Assembly: GCA_965248265.1 (NCBI GenBank)
Contig: CBDFJF010000001.1
Location: 1,120,001 to 1,184,000 of the forward strand
Length of the DNA: 64,000 bases
Reading direction: 5' to 3'
DNA from: Candidatus Latescibacterota bacterium
GTDB taxonomy: Bacteria > Latescibacterota > UBA2968 > UBA8231
The translations under genes were made by a program, and so were the position numbers. The notes below the pieces were generated by a model that did not search any database, had not been told where the DNA came from, and saw only the letters and a list, made by a program, of their open reading frames with translations. Every line of letters begins with the position of its first letter. Position 1 is the stretch's first letter. Below are positions 48,211-57,878 of this stretch, one piece after another.

Positions 48211-48864
48211 ATGGTATCGCGTCTCTACACGACCGGTCTTTGTGCTCTTGCTTGCCTGCTCTCTGTTGCAACAACATCACTACCGCCCCTACACGCACAG
48301 ACACTGCACCTGAGTCAGCTGAACGATGGTAGTACTGCGAGGACTGGGCGCGCGGAAGCCTCCGTTGGCGATACCCTGTCCATCCAGATTCGAGCGAATC
48401 TGGGAAGCCTCTCAGCCACCGGATTGACGCTGTTCGTCAGGTTCTCATCCACCATGTTCGTCGCGGTGGATTCGGATGGGGATGCAGCCAACGGCCTCCA
48501 ACCCTTCGAACAAGGCTCTCTTTTCGCGGGCGCAGTCGAGTTCGACAACGCCACGGTCTCCGGTGACGAACTCCTGGACGCGGAAGATTGGCAGACCATC
48601 AGCTACGCAGCCGTACTTGGCGGAGGTGAGAGACAGGCCAGCAACGGATCTGGCGACGTGGCCACCTTTCGCCTGCTGTGCCTCCAAGCCGCCGCGGAGA
48701 GCGACGTCAGCATCTATCGCAGCCCCATCCATGAGACCAGACTGGTTCTTTCTGACGGGCGCTCCGAGAGAGACTTCAAGCCGGCGGCCCCACTAACGGT
48801 CAGTATAGCCCGCGAGGGTGTCACCGACGCACCGTGGAGCACCGTCAAAGACCAACCGCGTTAG
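48211..48864 (+). CDS. Secreted cohesin-like beta-sandwich protein with degenerate C-terminal W-x-x-V-K motif
   Basis: Signal peptide ending LHA-Q; VGDT..I.I, D.D..ANG.QPF, G.GDVA.F; tail GVTDAPWSTVK. Confidence 0.6.
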   Translation: MVSRLYTTGLCALACLLSVATTSLPPLHAQTLHLSQLNDGSTARTGRAEASVGDTLSIQIRANLGSLSATGLTLFVRFSSTMFVAVDSDGDAANGLQPFEQGSLFAGAVEFDNATVSGDELLDAEDWQTISYAAVLGGGERQASNGSGDVATFRLLCLQAAAESDVSIYRSPIHETRLVLSDGRSERDFKPAAPLTVSIAREGVTDAPWSTVKDQPR

Positions 48865-48877
48865 TAACCACATTTCG

Positions 48878-49558
48878 ATGCCCACCGTCCTGTTCGACCT
48901 CTTCGACACCCTCGTTTCCATCAAGCAACCTGACCGACCTGCCCAGCAGGAATTTGCCGACAGATTGGGTCTCGAGCTGCGGGCGGTGCGTGAGTGGTGG
49001 AAGACCAACATGCGACGACGCATGGTCGGTTTCTACCCGACCTATCCAGCCATCATACAGGCCATGTGCACGGACCTGGGCTCCAGCGCTACCGAATCTA
49101 CTCAGCAGCAGATCTGCACGGAGCGCGACCGTGATCGTACCTCGACCCTGCATGCGGTGAGGCCCGAGGTATTGGAAATGCTTCGGCAACTGCGTAAGAG
49201 TGGATGGCGCATCGGCATCGTCAGCAACGCCACCCCCGACGAAGTGGCTCCCTGGCCGAGCGGTCTACTCAGTGAACTGGTAGACGATACCGTGTTTTCC
49301 TGCCATGTAGGGTGCATGAAACCGGAGCCTGAAATATTCGATCTGGCCTGTACCCGCTTCAGTGTCACTCCAAGTGCCGCCTGCTTCGTCGGCGATGGTG
49401 GGTTCGACGAACTGCAGGCCGCCGCCGCGCTTGGAATGCCAGTCATCAAGGCCAACTGGTTCCGGGCGAGGGAGAACATTGAGTGGACGAGCGAGATCGC
49501 CCTGATCGAAGTCGATGACATCAGGCTCGTCCCGCAGCAGCTTGAATCACTGAAATAG
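48878..49558 (+). CDS. HAD-superfamily hydrolase
   Basis: FDLFDTL, VSNA, KPEPEIF, FVGDG..DE...A...GM. Confidence 0.9.
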   Translation: MPTVLFDLFDTLVSIKQPDRPAQQEFADRLGLELRAVREWWKTNMRRRMVGFYPTYPAIIQAMCTDLGSSATESTQQQICTERDRDRTSTLHAVRPEVLEMLRQLRKSGWRIGIVSNATPDEVAPWPSGLLSELVDDTVFSCHVGCMKPEPEIFDLACTRFSVTPSAACFVGDGGFDELQAAAALGMPVIKANWFRARENIEWTSEIALIEVDDIRLVPQQLESLK

Positions 49559-49623
49559 AAAGAATCGGCCGATAGCTGACACCACCCACGGTGCCACGGA
49601 CGGGTTGTTGCTCATTCAAGAAT

Positions 49624-49660
49624 AAAAAAGGGGTCACAGCGATTAACCTGTGACCCCTTT
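49624..49660 (-). terminator. Rho-independent terminator (possibly bidirectional)
   Basis: AAAGGGGTCACAG-8nt-CTGTGACCCCTTT hairpin; on the minus strand the stem runs into a T6 tract followed by ATT. Confidence 0.8.
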
Positions 49661-49672
49661 CCTGTGCCTATT

Positions 49673-49701
49673 AAAATACGAAATGGACCTGAAATTGTCA
49701 A
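49673..49701 (-). promoter_or_regulatory. Sigma-70-type promoter pointing into the terminator
   Basis: Minus strand TTGACA-N17-TATTTT with an AT-rich upstream tract. Confidence 0.6.
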
Positions 49702-49752
49702 GTAAAATCTTCGTAAGTTCTTTTTTAATAATAAGTTAAGAAATTTTTTCTG

Positions 49753-49782
49753 TTGACAACATTGCGCCTCGCCGTCTAGGCT
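49753..49782 (+). promoter_or_regulatory. Divergent sigma-70-type promoter for the 49830 operon
   Basis: TTGACA-N18-TAGGCT following an A/T tract. Confidence 0.5.
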
Positions 49783-49829
49783 AATCCTGTGTTCCGCTAC
49801 GTGCCCATTGTTAGCAAAAGGAGGCCGAG

Positions 49830-50585
49830 ATGGCACAGCAGCAGGATGGCCAAGAGGCAGTCCTTGCAGTTCGGGGAGATCGCGTGGAGGTCGGGGATTG
49901 GTCGGCAGACCTGAGTCAGGTCATCGCCACGGATGTTGAGCTGCGCGGCATGCTCAGGGAGGGACGCACCGTCGAGGCTCGTGCCCTGATGCATGCGCGG
50001 TGTGACGAAGAGCAGGCCGCCCTCGTGGCCATCGACAGCAATCCGGAGGAAGTGCTGTCGCTGACGGCCATGGATGAAGCGGGCCGGCCGGGGTATGAGC
50101 CGCGTGTGGTCGATCGGCTGCCCACGGCGGTTCTGACGGAGCTCATCGCGCCAGCAGACACCAGGCTCGTCCGCTTCAACGCCGAGGTCCTGGCCAGAAT
50201 GTCCCCGGGCACCTTCACCCGCACCGTCGATGACACCCTCGATCCGATCTACCACCACAGCCATCGCAGCCAGGTGTCGTGGGAATGGCTGTCGGCCGTG
50301 GCCGCCCTCGATGATGTCAACAAGATCGCACAGCTCCTGTGGGATGTCGGTCCATCGCTCCTCGAGGATGCCCTGCTCGAGCGCGTCGACGACTTCGGCA
50401 TGAACGATACGAGCCTGGGCATACCCGGGTTCCGAACCGTGTCGGAATCGGGCGGAGGACTGATGCTGCCCCCGATAAAAGACGGTATGGATTCAGACGT
50501 TCTCGCCACGCTTCATGCCGCAGCCCCAGAATTGCTCGCCGATGCGATCCGCACCGCCTGGGAGCGTTCAGGAGCATTGAGATGA
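49830..50585 (+). CDS. Hypothetical acidic helical protein
   Basis: AAGGAGG RBS; clean 251-aa ORF; ATGA-type overlap with the next gene. Confidence 0.7.
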   Translation: MAQQQDGQEAVLAVRGDRVEVGDWSADLSQVIATDVELRGMLREGRTVEARALMHARCDEEQAALVAIDSNPEEVLSLTAMDEAGRPGYEPRVVDRLPTAVLTELIAPADTRLVRFNAEVLARMSPGTFTRTVDDTLDPIYHHSHRSQVSWEWLSAVAALDDVNKIAQLLWDVGPSLLEDALLERVDDFGMNDTSLGIPGFRTVSESGGGLMLPPIKDGMDSDVLATLHAAAPELLADAIRTAWERSGALR

Positions 50586-51694
50586 CGGAGCTGACCCACC
50601 TCGACCTCAACGCCCTGCCGCGTGATGCCGACAGCTTCCTCATGCGCGTCATCACCCTGGGCATTCGTTTCAACCGTCTGCCGGAGCATTTCGGCGACTC
50701 CTTCATGGCCTATCTGAAAGCGAAAAGCCTGGAGCACGCACATCGACGGCGCACGGGCATTGCCCTGGGCAAGGAGAGCCTTCGCACGGGCATAGAACAG
50801 GTCTTCGCCTGCATCGATATCGCTCTTGAGCAGTCTACTGAAAGTAATGTGGAGCAGGCCCTCACCCTCGTCGCCTCCGGAGATTTCACCTCACTCCACA
50901 AGCAAGGTTACGAGATCGGCTATTACCGCCTGCAACGGATGCGAAACGAATCCAGGCAGTATGATAGCGCTTGGGTGCTGGACCTATTCCCCGAATTCAG
51001 AGCGAAACTCGATCGATGGCGGCAAATCGTACCCGAAGTCTGGTCCTTCGACCCGCGGACAGATTATCGGACCTTCGAGGAAACCCTGGGCAAGATTCAG
51101 TTTGTTCAAGCATTGCCACGAACGACACTGCGCTCTGCCCAGGTATCCTCAGTGGATTCGTTCGAGATGCTGCTGACCCATCTCGTGGCTGCCGGAGCTG
51201 TGCGAGTCGACACCCTTCACCTCGGCCATGCCGCCATCACCCGCCTCGGTGACTGCTTCACCGACGGGAACATGCGCCGGGGGATCCGGCGTCGTGTGGT
51301 GCGGGAGATCGACGACCACACCACCAACACCGTCGAATCGACGCACGTCCAGTCAGTGATATCAGATGAGGTGGCGGCCGCCATCCACCGCCTCGAACAA
51401 GCCTCAGCTGATGCTCAGTCGCTCCTGCTCGAGATCAACGTAAACCTCGTCGCTGACATGGTGCAGGAGCGAGCTGCGGCGCGCACTGACATAGACAACC
51501 CGACCCGCGAAGTGAGGAAAACCATGAAGCCTATCATCAGAGAAGATTTGGAGCGCGTCGCGCGCCTTTACAGGAGCAACAAAGAGGCGAGCCGCGCCCT
51601 CGGTATCCATCCAGGTTCATTCTCCCGCTTGTGCCGTCAACACGGAATCCTTACGCCCTACATGCGGAGACAGCGACGCAATCGCTCGCTCTGA
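50582..51694 (+). CDS. Hypothetical helical protein (DUF6178/6179-like segment) with C-terminal basic HTH
   Basis: AGGAG RBS before ATG 50582; IDIALEQ.....VEQA...V...DF..L.K.G.E; tail ERVARLYRSNKEASRALGIHPGSFSRLCRQHGILTP. Confidence 0.6.
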   Translation: MTELTHLDLNALPRDADSFLMRVITLGIRFNRLPEHFGDSFMAYLKAKSLEHAHRRRTGIALGKESLRTGIEQVFACIDIALEQSTESNVEQALTLVASGDFTSLHKQGYEIGYYRLQRMRNESRQYDSAWVLDLFPEFRAKLDRWRQIVPEVWSFDPRTDYRTFEETLGKIQFVQALPRTTLRSAQVSSVDSFEMLLTHLVAAGAVRVDTLHLGHAAITRLGDCFTDGNMRRGIRRRVVREIDDHTTNTVESTHVQSVISDEVAAAIHRLEQASADAQSLLLEINVNLVADMVQERAAARTDIDNPTREVRKTMKPIIREDLERVARLYRSNKEASRALGIHPGSFSRLCRQHGILTPYMRRQRRNRSL

Positions 51695-51843
51695 AATGGG
51701 CCGGAAACCACGAGGGGCTTCGCGAGTCACAGAGGTCCGTGTGCTGTCTCCCCGACATCCAGTCCGAGGTCGTGATATTGCCTGCTACCGATTATCTCGT
51801 TCCTGTTTCAGCAGTTGTTCGCCACCGCTGGTGCCATTTATCA

Positions 51844-53026
51844 ATGAATGTCGGCGTGGCTCTTCTCCTCAGCGTCCTGAACACGGCTGCCGCTGATCCG
51901 CCGGCAGAACCAGAGCATGAATTCACTTTCGTCGTGCTCGGTGACAGTCAGTTTCACCTCCCCAACAAGTTCAATCAGGTCATCGACGAGGTCGTCCACC
52001 TCTTCCCAGCCTTCGTCATCCAGGTTGGTGACATGATCAAGGGTTACACCAGCGACCTCGACGTCTTCCGTGCCGAGTGGGTCCGCTTCCAGGCCCAGAT
52101 CGCCCCAGATCTCCCGGTATCCCCTTCATGCCGGTGCCGGGCAACCACGATCTACTCGACGCCGATCGCAAGCCGGGTGGCGAAGGGGTGTACCGGGAGA
52201 TCTGGGGCGATACCCACTACTCGTGGGATTACGGCAACGCTCACTTCATCGTCCTCAATACTGACGACGGCAAGGGGAGCGAAATTGTCGGTGAACAGTT
52301 GGCCTGGTTGAAGCAGGATCTGGCCACGGTGACCGGCGCGGAGCACATCTTCGTCTTCATGCACAGAGGCCCATCTACACGTTGGGCAATGAAGAGGAGC
52401 TGCACCAGATCTTCGTCGACCACGATGTCAGTGCCGTCATCTGTGGCCACATGCACCACTACAACTTCCAGGAACGGGACGGCATCCCCTACATCATGAC
52501 GGTCAGCGCCACCCATATGGGCACACCCTTCCCCATGGCAGCCGGCAGCTTTCACCACATGCTGCTCATCACCGTCCGCGACAGCGCCTTTCGCGTCGCC
52601 GTTATTGAAACCGGCCACATTTTCCCGACCGCCATCGTCGCCTTCGAGGACAATCAGGGTCTCTATCAACTGCAACGAGGATTTTACTCGCAGGGTAAGA
52701 TGGCCTTCGGGGGTCTGGAAAGAGATGACGATCGCTACGAAGTCACCCTGCGCGTGAACAATCCCTCGGAGCAGGAACTCACAACCTATTTCGAGTGGCA
52801 ACTCCCCAACGAACGCTGGTCCGTGGAACCGCTCAGGGGCCGGCGAGTGGTGCTGCCTCCCAAGTCTTGGGATGTACCCGTTCCGTTCACCCTGGTCCGG
52901 GAATACTCCCATCCACCTGAAGCTTACCCCAGTTGCATCGCACGAGCGCTATACCTCACCACGGATGGCGATGTGGTTCAGTCCGAACACACCTTCGAGA
53001 TCGTGGCTGAGCTGGATCCTCAGTAA
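51844..53026 (+). CDS. Secreted calcineurin-like metallophosphoesterase with two frameshifts (~52112, ~52366)
   Basis: Motifs GDSQ, VGDMI, PGNHD, FMH(RP) and GHMH spread in order over three overlapping ORFs. Confidence 0.75.
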
Positions 53027-53156
53027 TCCCTCCCGCGCTCTTGTCGTGTCCGTTTGGGCTTACCCTTGAGGTAACGCCTCTGTTTTCGATACACTATTCA
53101 CACACATCCCCACCCCACAGACCACTAGGGTTTAATCATGTAGGAGACAAGGTCAA

Positions 53157-53921
53157 ATGGCATCGAAAGGTAGAGTTGCAGGCAAAGTCGCCATCGTTAC
53201 CGGCGCCGCCTCCGGTATCGGCGAATCCACCGCCAAGGTACTGGCCGCCGAAGGCGCATCGGTGTGCGTCGCCGACGTGGATGTCGACAATGGTAAGAGG
53301 GTGGTGGCCGAAATCAGTGAGGCTGGCAACACAGCATGGTTTCTTCGTACCGACGTAACCAGCACCCCTTCGCTGCGCCGCATGGTCGAGCGTACAGAAT
53401 CCAAGTTTGGCCGCATAGACATCATCCACAACAATGCCATCTGGTTTCAGCATGGCTCGGCTGTCGAACTGGATGAAAAGGATTGGGACAAGACCCTCAG
53501 TGCTGGACTCAAGGCCATCTTCATCGCAGCCAAGTATGGTATCCCGGTGATGATGAAAACGGGGGGCGGCGCCATCGTCAACTCCGCGTCCGTGCATTCG
53601 AAGGTCAGCTTCGCCACCTGCACAGCCTATGATTCGGCCAAAGCTGGTGTCCTCGGACTGACACGCACCCTTGCCATTGACTATGGACCCAAGATTCGTG
53701 TCAACTCTGTTCTCCCCGGAGCCATTCTCACACCACTGTGGGACAACCTGAAGGTCCCCGAAAAGGACCGTCGCGCCTTCGCCAAGATGGTACCGGCGAA
53801 AAAGCTCGGCACGGGTGATGACATCGCCTACGCGGTGCTGTACCTGGCATCGGACGAGGCCTCATACGTCACCGGAACCTCACTGGTCGTCGATGGAGGG
53901 CTGCTGGCTCGCTGTGACTGA
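53157..53921 (+). CDS. Classical SDR oxidoreductase
   Basis: TGAASGIG, NNA, YDSAK, IRVN...PG, LASDEASYVTG..L.VDGG. Confidence 0.92.
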   Translation: MASKGRVAGKVAIVTGAASGIGESTAKVLAAEGASVCVADVDVDNGKRVVAEISEAGNTAWFLRTDVTSTPSLRRMVERTESKFGRIDIIHNNAIWFQHGSAVELDEKDWDKTLSAGLKAIFIAAKYGIPVMMKTGGGAIVNSASVHSKVSFATCTAYDSAKAGVLGLTRTLAIDYGPKIRVNSVLPGAILTPLWDNLKVPEKDRRAFAKMVPAKKLGTGDDIAYAVLYLASDEASYVTGTSLVVDGGLLARCD

Positions 53922-54648
53922 AACCAAGTGGGTCGGGGTCCGACTGCTGGCGCTCTGTATCTTCGGTACCGCGACCGTCGGCCCGACTGCAGCGCAGACC
54001 GTCTTTGCCGGCATCAAGACTTCAGCGGGTGCGCTGTTCGTCTGGAACTGGCCGGACGGCGCCGCCACCGTCGAGGTTACCGGCGAGCGGATCGAGCAAC
54101 CGGGCAAGGAACTGATCGTCTGGGTCGACGACTTCATCGTGCAGTTTTCCACTGTAACATTGACAGAACTGTGCGAGGAGGTCACCTGCTCCGAAACAAC
54201 CCCGCTTCTCACCATCTTCACTGAATGGGAGCTGGCCCACTGGCGGAGTGCTCTCGGTGTCACCACCCTGGAAGAGGAAGCACAGCAACAGATAACATTG
54301 TCAGGAAGGGACTGGTTGCGATGGAGTTTGCTGATGCCGGAGTCTTCAGGCAACGTCAAGAAGCAGTTCTTTTTGTCTACTCTGGTGCGGGAGCATGTCG
54401 TCAACCTGGGAACACCATTCTGGCAGGCCGAGGAAGAGCCGTCCTGGCAATTCCTTACCAGCGTTGCCTCGACGATGGTTGATTTCGATGAGCCCCTCGA
54501 CCTGACAGCGTTGCAGGATTCCATTCGCGGATCCACTTCGGTGACAGCAGTCAGTTGGGGCCAAGTGAAGGCACGCTCCGACGAGCTGCTCTCTGCCTTC
54601 CCCCACCCGCGTTATTCGCCCGAGAGCAGGCTGTCGAGGAGGCCGTGA
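53914..54648 (+). CDS. Secreted hypothetical protein with WGxxK motif near the C-terminus (start uncertain)
   Basis: Signal-like VRLLALCIFGTATVGPTAA-Q; TSVTAVSWGQVK at 54535-54570. Confidence 0.6.
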   Translation: MTETKWVGVRLLALCIFGTATVGPTAAQTVFAGIKTSAGALFVWNWPDGAATVEVTGERIEQPGKELIVWVDDFIVQFSTVTLTELCEEVTCSETTPLLTIFTEWELAHWRSALGVTTLEEEAQQQITLSGRDWLRWSLLMPESSGNVKKQFFLSTLVREHVVNLGTPFWQAEEEPSWQFLTSVASTMVDFDEPLDLTALQDSIRGSTSVTAVSWGQVKARSDELLSAFPHPRYSPESRLSRRP

Positions 54649-56054
54649 GCCTGATCCAGGTTCACTCCGGCTCTCTTCGTCGCCCGCTCGATAGCCTTAC
54701 CAGTAGTCGGTGTGTGGCCTTTCTCCAGTCCCTTGCGCACATGGGCGACGATTTCTCGCACCAAGGTCACTCCCGACTCGGGAGCGATACCCGCACGTTG
54801 TGCGGCTGATACCACCGGTGGTTGTGCCCATCCTCCAGGAACCGACAGGTCGTTTTCGATTGCCGCCAGCATGTTCAGCATGAAAGCACGAGCGACTACA
54901 CGCTCGGAACGAGCGGCATGGGCCATATCGACGATGGCGTAGTCGGTCCGGCTGCTGATTCGTTTTCGGATCAATCGCAAGCCATCACTTTGCAGAAAGC
55001 GCAGGTACGCGTGCACCTGCTGATCCGTGAGCTCCGGTGCCCGCGGGATAGCCAGCAGCCACTCAGGTGGTCCAACCGGTCTTGTTGCCGCTACCGGTGC
55101 GGGTCTTGCCTTCCTTTCCCTCTGCCTTGCCTCCCACGCCCTTGCGCTCCGAGCGGCGGCTGAATCGTCCTCGGCTTTCCTCACTGCGGCAAGCGAATCA
55201 GCTTCTGCCTGCGCCCGCGCAGCCACGACCAGCCGCATCTGCTCCTCAGCCAGTACTGCTTCATGCCGCCGTCGTTCCTCCGCCAACGCTGCTGCGGCGG
55301 CAGCCTCGGCGACCTCATCCCTGGGCAAATCACCGGTCAGCCGGAAAGCACCCGTCCACCAGATCCATTTCTCCGCCTTCTGGGCGATCTTGTCCTCAAT
55401 CGAGACATTGGGAAGATCCGAATCGACCAGCAGAACCCTGGCCTTGATCACCGCGCCGGTGCGGGGAGCGATTTCGAGCCAGGACCATGGCAGCGCCACC
55501 TCGAAGGTGTAGATGCCGCCTACCAGCTCACTCGCCAAGGTGACTGGCAGCTGCTCGTCAGCCGGAGAACGCTGACGATGACCCCAGGCGTAGGGTGCGC
55601 CATCGGCCTGTTCTGGAGTAATCCAGATATTGTAGCCGAGATTGGAACTGGGGTCTTTAATGAAAATTTTTAGATGGTCGTAGTAGAACATCCGGTCTTT
55701 CCGCGTCCCGTCGGGTCCGGTCCAGACCTGGTTGTCGGGGCGAATCCTGGCGATATCGACGGCATCATCGGTGACAGCGACAGCCAGGTACAAAAACTCG
55801 GCATCCCACAAGGCGTAGGCGTCAGCCTCGTGATCGTCTGTGCCGGCGAAGGCTCCACGCAGGCCGATGTCCTCACCACCGGGCTTGAGAGCGGTTGGCA
55901 GCACCCCGCCCCACTCGTTCAGATAGCCATCGATCTCTATCGGCCACTCCACGACCTGGAGGTCGACGGCAGCCAATCGCAAAGGTATTACCAGCCACAA
56001 GGTGGGTACGACACCTGCGATTCCCCGCATGCTCACTCTCATGTTCACTCTCAT
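54612..56054 (-). CDS. Secreted CBM9/DOMON-like sugar-binding domain protein with Ala-rich linker and helical C-domain
   Basis: IEIDGYLNEW, WD.EFLYLA..V.DD, YTFEVALPW; overlaps the lysS stop. Confidence 0.65.
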   Translation of the reverse strand: MRVNMRVSMRGIAGVVPTLWLVIPLRLAAVDLQVVEWPIEIDGYLNEWGGVLPTALKPGGEDIGLRGAFAGTDDHEADAYALWDAEFLYLAVAVTDDAVDIARIRPDNQVWTGPDGTRKDRMFYYDHLKIFIKDPSSNLGYNIWITPEQADGAPYAWGHRQRSPADEQLPVTLASELVGGIYTFEVALPWSWLEIAPRTGAVIKARVLLVDSDLPNVSIEDKIAQKAEKWIWWTGAFRLTGDLPRDEVAEAAAAAALAEERRRHEAVLAEEQMRLVVAARAQAEADSLAAVRKAEDDSAAARSARAWEARQRERKARPAPVAATRPVGPPEWLLAIPRAPELTDQQVHAYLRFLQSDGLRLIRKRISSRTDYAIVDMAHAARSERVVARAFMLNMLAAIENDLSVPGGWAQPPVVSAAQRAGIAPESGVTLVREIVAHVRKGLEKGHTPTTGKAIERATKRAGVNLDQAHGLLDSLLSGE

Positions 56055-57547
56055 GGATCTCTGTCACGCAGTAACGGAAAAAGGATCACGTCGCGAATGC
56101 TCGTCCGGTTAGTCATGATCATCGTCAATCGGTCGATGCCCATTCCCAATCCCGCCGTCGGGGGCATCCCGATCTCGAGAGCCTGAAGATAGTCCTCGTC
56201 CAGAGGCATCGCCTCGTCATCTCCAGCAGCACGCCAACGTGCCTGCTCCTCTAACCGCAATCGCTGATCCACCGGATCGTTCAACTCACTGAAGGCGTTG
56301 GCGATTTCCATTCCGCCCGCGAAGGCCTCGAAGCGCTCGGCCAATCGAGCGTCGCAGCGATGCTTACGCGCCAGCGGGCACAACTCGATCGGGTAGTCTG
56401 TGACAAGAGTCGGGCGCTCGAAGGTCGGTTCGACCAACTCGCTGAAAATGACATCGATGAATTTAGCCCAAGGAGCCTCATCGGGCAGCTCGATTCCCCT
56501 ATTCTCAGCCAATGCGCGTACGTCACTGATGCCTGATCCGAGCAGATCAATCCCGCACTCCCGCTCCAGCGCCGCGAAAAAACTGACGCGCGGCCAGGGT
56601 GGCGTGAAATCGATGATGCCATGACCGAACGGTACCGAATACGAACTGTGCAGTTGGAGGGCGATGTCGGCGACCATGTCCTCTACCAGATTCATGTGGA
56701 AGGTATAGTCTTCGAACGCAGCGTAACATTCCATCATCGTGAATTCGGGATTGTGTGTCCGATCCACTCCCTCGTTACGAAAGTCCTTGGCGATCTCGTA
56801 GACCCTGCCCAGCCCACCGACGATTAACCTCTTCAAATAGAGTTCATCGGCAATTCTCAGGTACAGCTTCTTCTTGAGCTGGTTGTGATAGGTCTCGAAG
56901 GGGGCAGCGCTCCCGCCTCCATAGAGCGGTTGCAGTACGGGTGTTTCGGCCTCCATGAATCCGGCGGTGTCGAGATATTGCCTCATCGTTGTGATGATCC
57001 GCGCGCGGTTCCTGAACACGGCGCGTTCATCGGGATTGACCACCAGATCGAGCGCCCGGTTGCGGTAGCGTGCGTCGGGATCAGAATATGCATCGTGGCG
57101 CTCGCCTGTCTCATGCTCTTCTTTGACCACCGGCAGCGGCCTGATGCATTTCGACAGTAACGTCCAGTCCGTTACACAAAGGGTACGCTCCCCCGTCCGG
57201 GTCACCATCAGCGAACCGTTCACTCCGATCCAGTCACCCAGATCGGTCCCGTTCCTGAACAACGAATACGCCGTGCCCTCTTCGTGGTCCACTTCATCAC
57301 GCTGAACGTAGATCTGCATACGCGCGGTGTCATCATGAACGTGTGCGAAACAGACCTTGCCCATGACCCGCTTTGCGACCAGCCTGCCTGCGATCGCCAC
57401 CGCAGACCGCTGCTCGAGTAGCACATCAAAGTTTTTCGTCAGTTCTGCCACCGTATGCGAGCGCTCGAAAGCGTATGGGTAAGGTTCATACCCTGCCTCC
57501 CTGAAATGCTCAAGCTTACCAAGTCGTGAGTGGATGAGATCGTCCAT
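56051..57547 (-). CDS. lysS: Lysine--tRNA ligase (class II)
   Basis: AGRL...R.MGK, DLGD.IGV.G, ETPVLQP..GG..A.PF, YLRIA.ELYLKRL.VGG, FRNEG....HNPEFT, GMPPT.G.G.GIDRL. Confidence 0.97.
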   Translation of the reverse strand: MDDLIHSRLGKLEHFREAGYEPYPYAFERSHTVAELTKNFDVLLEQRSAVAIAGRLVAKRVMGKVCFAHVHDDTARMQIYVQRDEVDHEEGTAYSLFRNGTDLGDWIGVNGSLMVTRTGERTLCVTDWTLLSKCIRPLPVVKEEHETGERHDAYSDPDARYRNRALDLVVNPDERAVFRNRARIITTMRQYLDTAGFMEAETPVLQPLYGGGSAAPFETYHNQLKKKLYLRIADELYLKRLIVGGLGRVYEIAKDFRNEGVDRTHNPEFTMMECYAAFEDYTFHMNLVEDMVADIALQLHSSYSVPFGHGIIDFTPPWPRVSFFAALERECGIDLLGSGISDVRALAENRGIELPDEAPWAKFIDVIFSELVEPTFERPTLVTDYPIELCPLARKHRCDARLAERFEAFAGGMEIANAFSELNDPVDQRLRLEEQARWRAAGDDEAMPLDEDYLQALEIGMPPTAGLGMGIDRLTMIMTNRTSIRDVILFPLLRDRDP

Positions 57548-57584
57548 CGATCGCCTTTCCTGCGATGAGTAGCTGATGCCTACG

Positions 57585-57620
57585 AAAAAGCCCCCTGTCA
57601 CTGTTAGGTGGCAGCGGGCT
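57585..57620 (-). terminator. Rho-independent terminator ~40 nt upstream of the lysS start
   Basis: Minus strand AGCCCGCTGCCAC-CTAACA-GTGACAGGGGGCT-TTTT (imperfect stem). Confidence 0.65.
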
Positions 57621-57762
57621 GGGTCAGTACCTGATTTGGACATCTACTTACAAAGGCACACACCTGCCCCACTGGAACACGGGCTTCCATTTGGCCGCCG
57701 GCTTCTGACTGGCTATGACCCTGAGAGTGCAGGGATTGAGTTGATTCGACACCTTCTGCATC
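57585..57762 (-). ncRNA. Candidate structured RNA or leader (~180 nt); 6S-like or attenuator, family not identified
   Basis: Weak promoter TTGACT-N18-CACCTT (57797-57768), several possible stems (CCCUG/CAGGG, CCUGC/GCAGG, GGUGUC/GAUGUC), terminator at the 3' end; no convincing ORF. Confidence 0.35.
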
Positions 57763-57878
57763 ACCGAAAGGTGACCGCCCGACTGCGCTAAAGTCAAGAC
57801 CGAACTGTCCAAACACTGCCGTCACACGTTGACGGCCGCTCAGAGCCGGCACATAATAGATTGGAAAGGATTCCCACG

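Noticed and set aside
49705-49745. Possible dif site in the AT-rich tract
   Set aside because: ATAAGTTAAG only loosely resembles the XerD arm and there is no properly spaced XerC arm; better read as an UP/IHF-like element.
54571-54648. Long extension after WGQVK as a functional domain
   Set aside because: Its last part overlaps the convergent gene's 3' end; probably incidental read-through.
57730-57755. GGGATTGAGTTGATTCGAC resembling the tmRNA 5' end
   Set aside because: Only ~130 nt remain before purO; no tag ORF or TTCGA..CCACCA 3' end.
57620-57860. T-box, lysine, TPP or ZTP riboswitch assignment
   Set aside because: Only isolated words match (GACTGGC, ACCTGAT, CTGAGA, AGCCGGCGG); required partner motifs are absent or in the wrong order.
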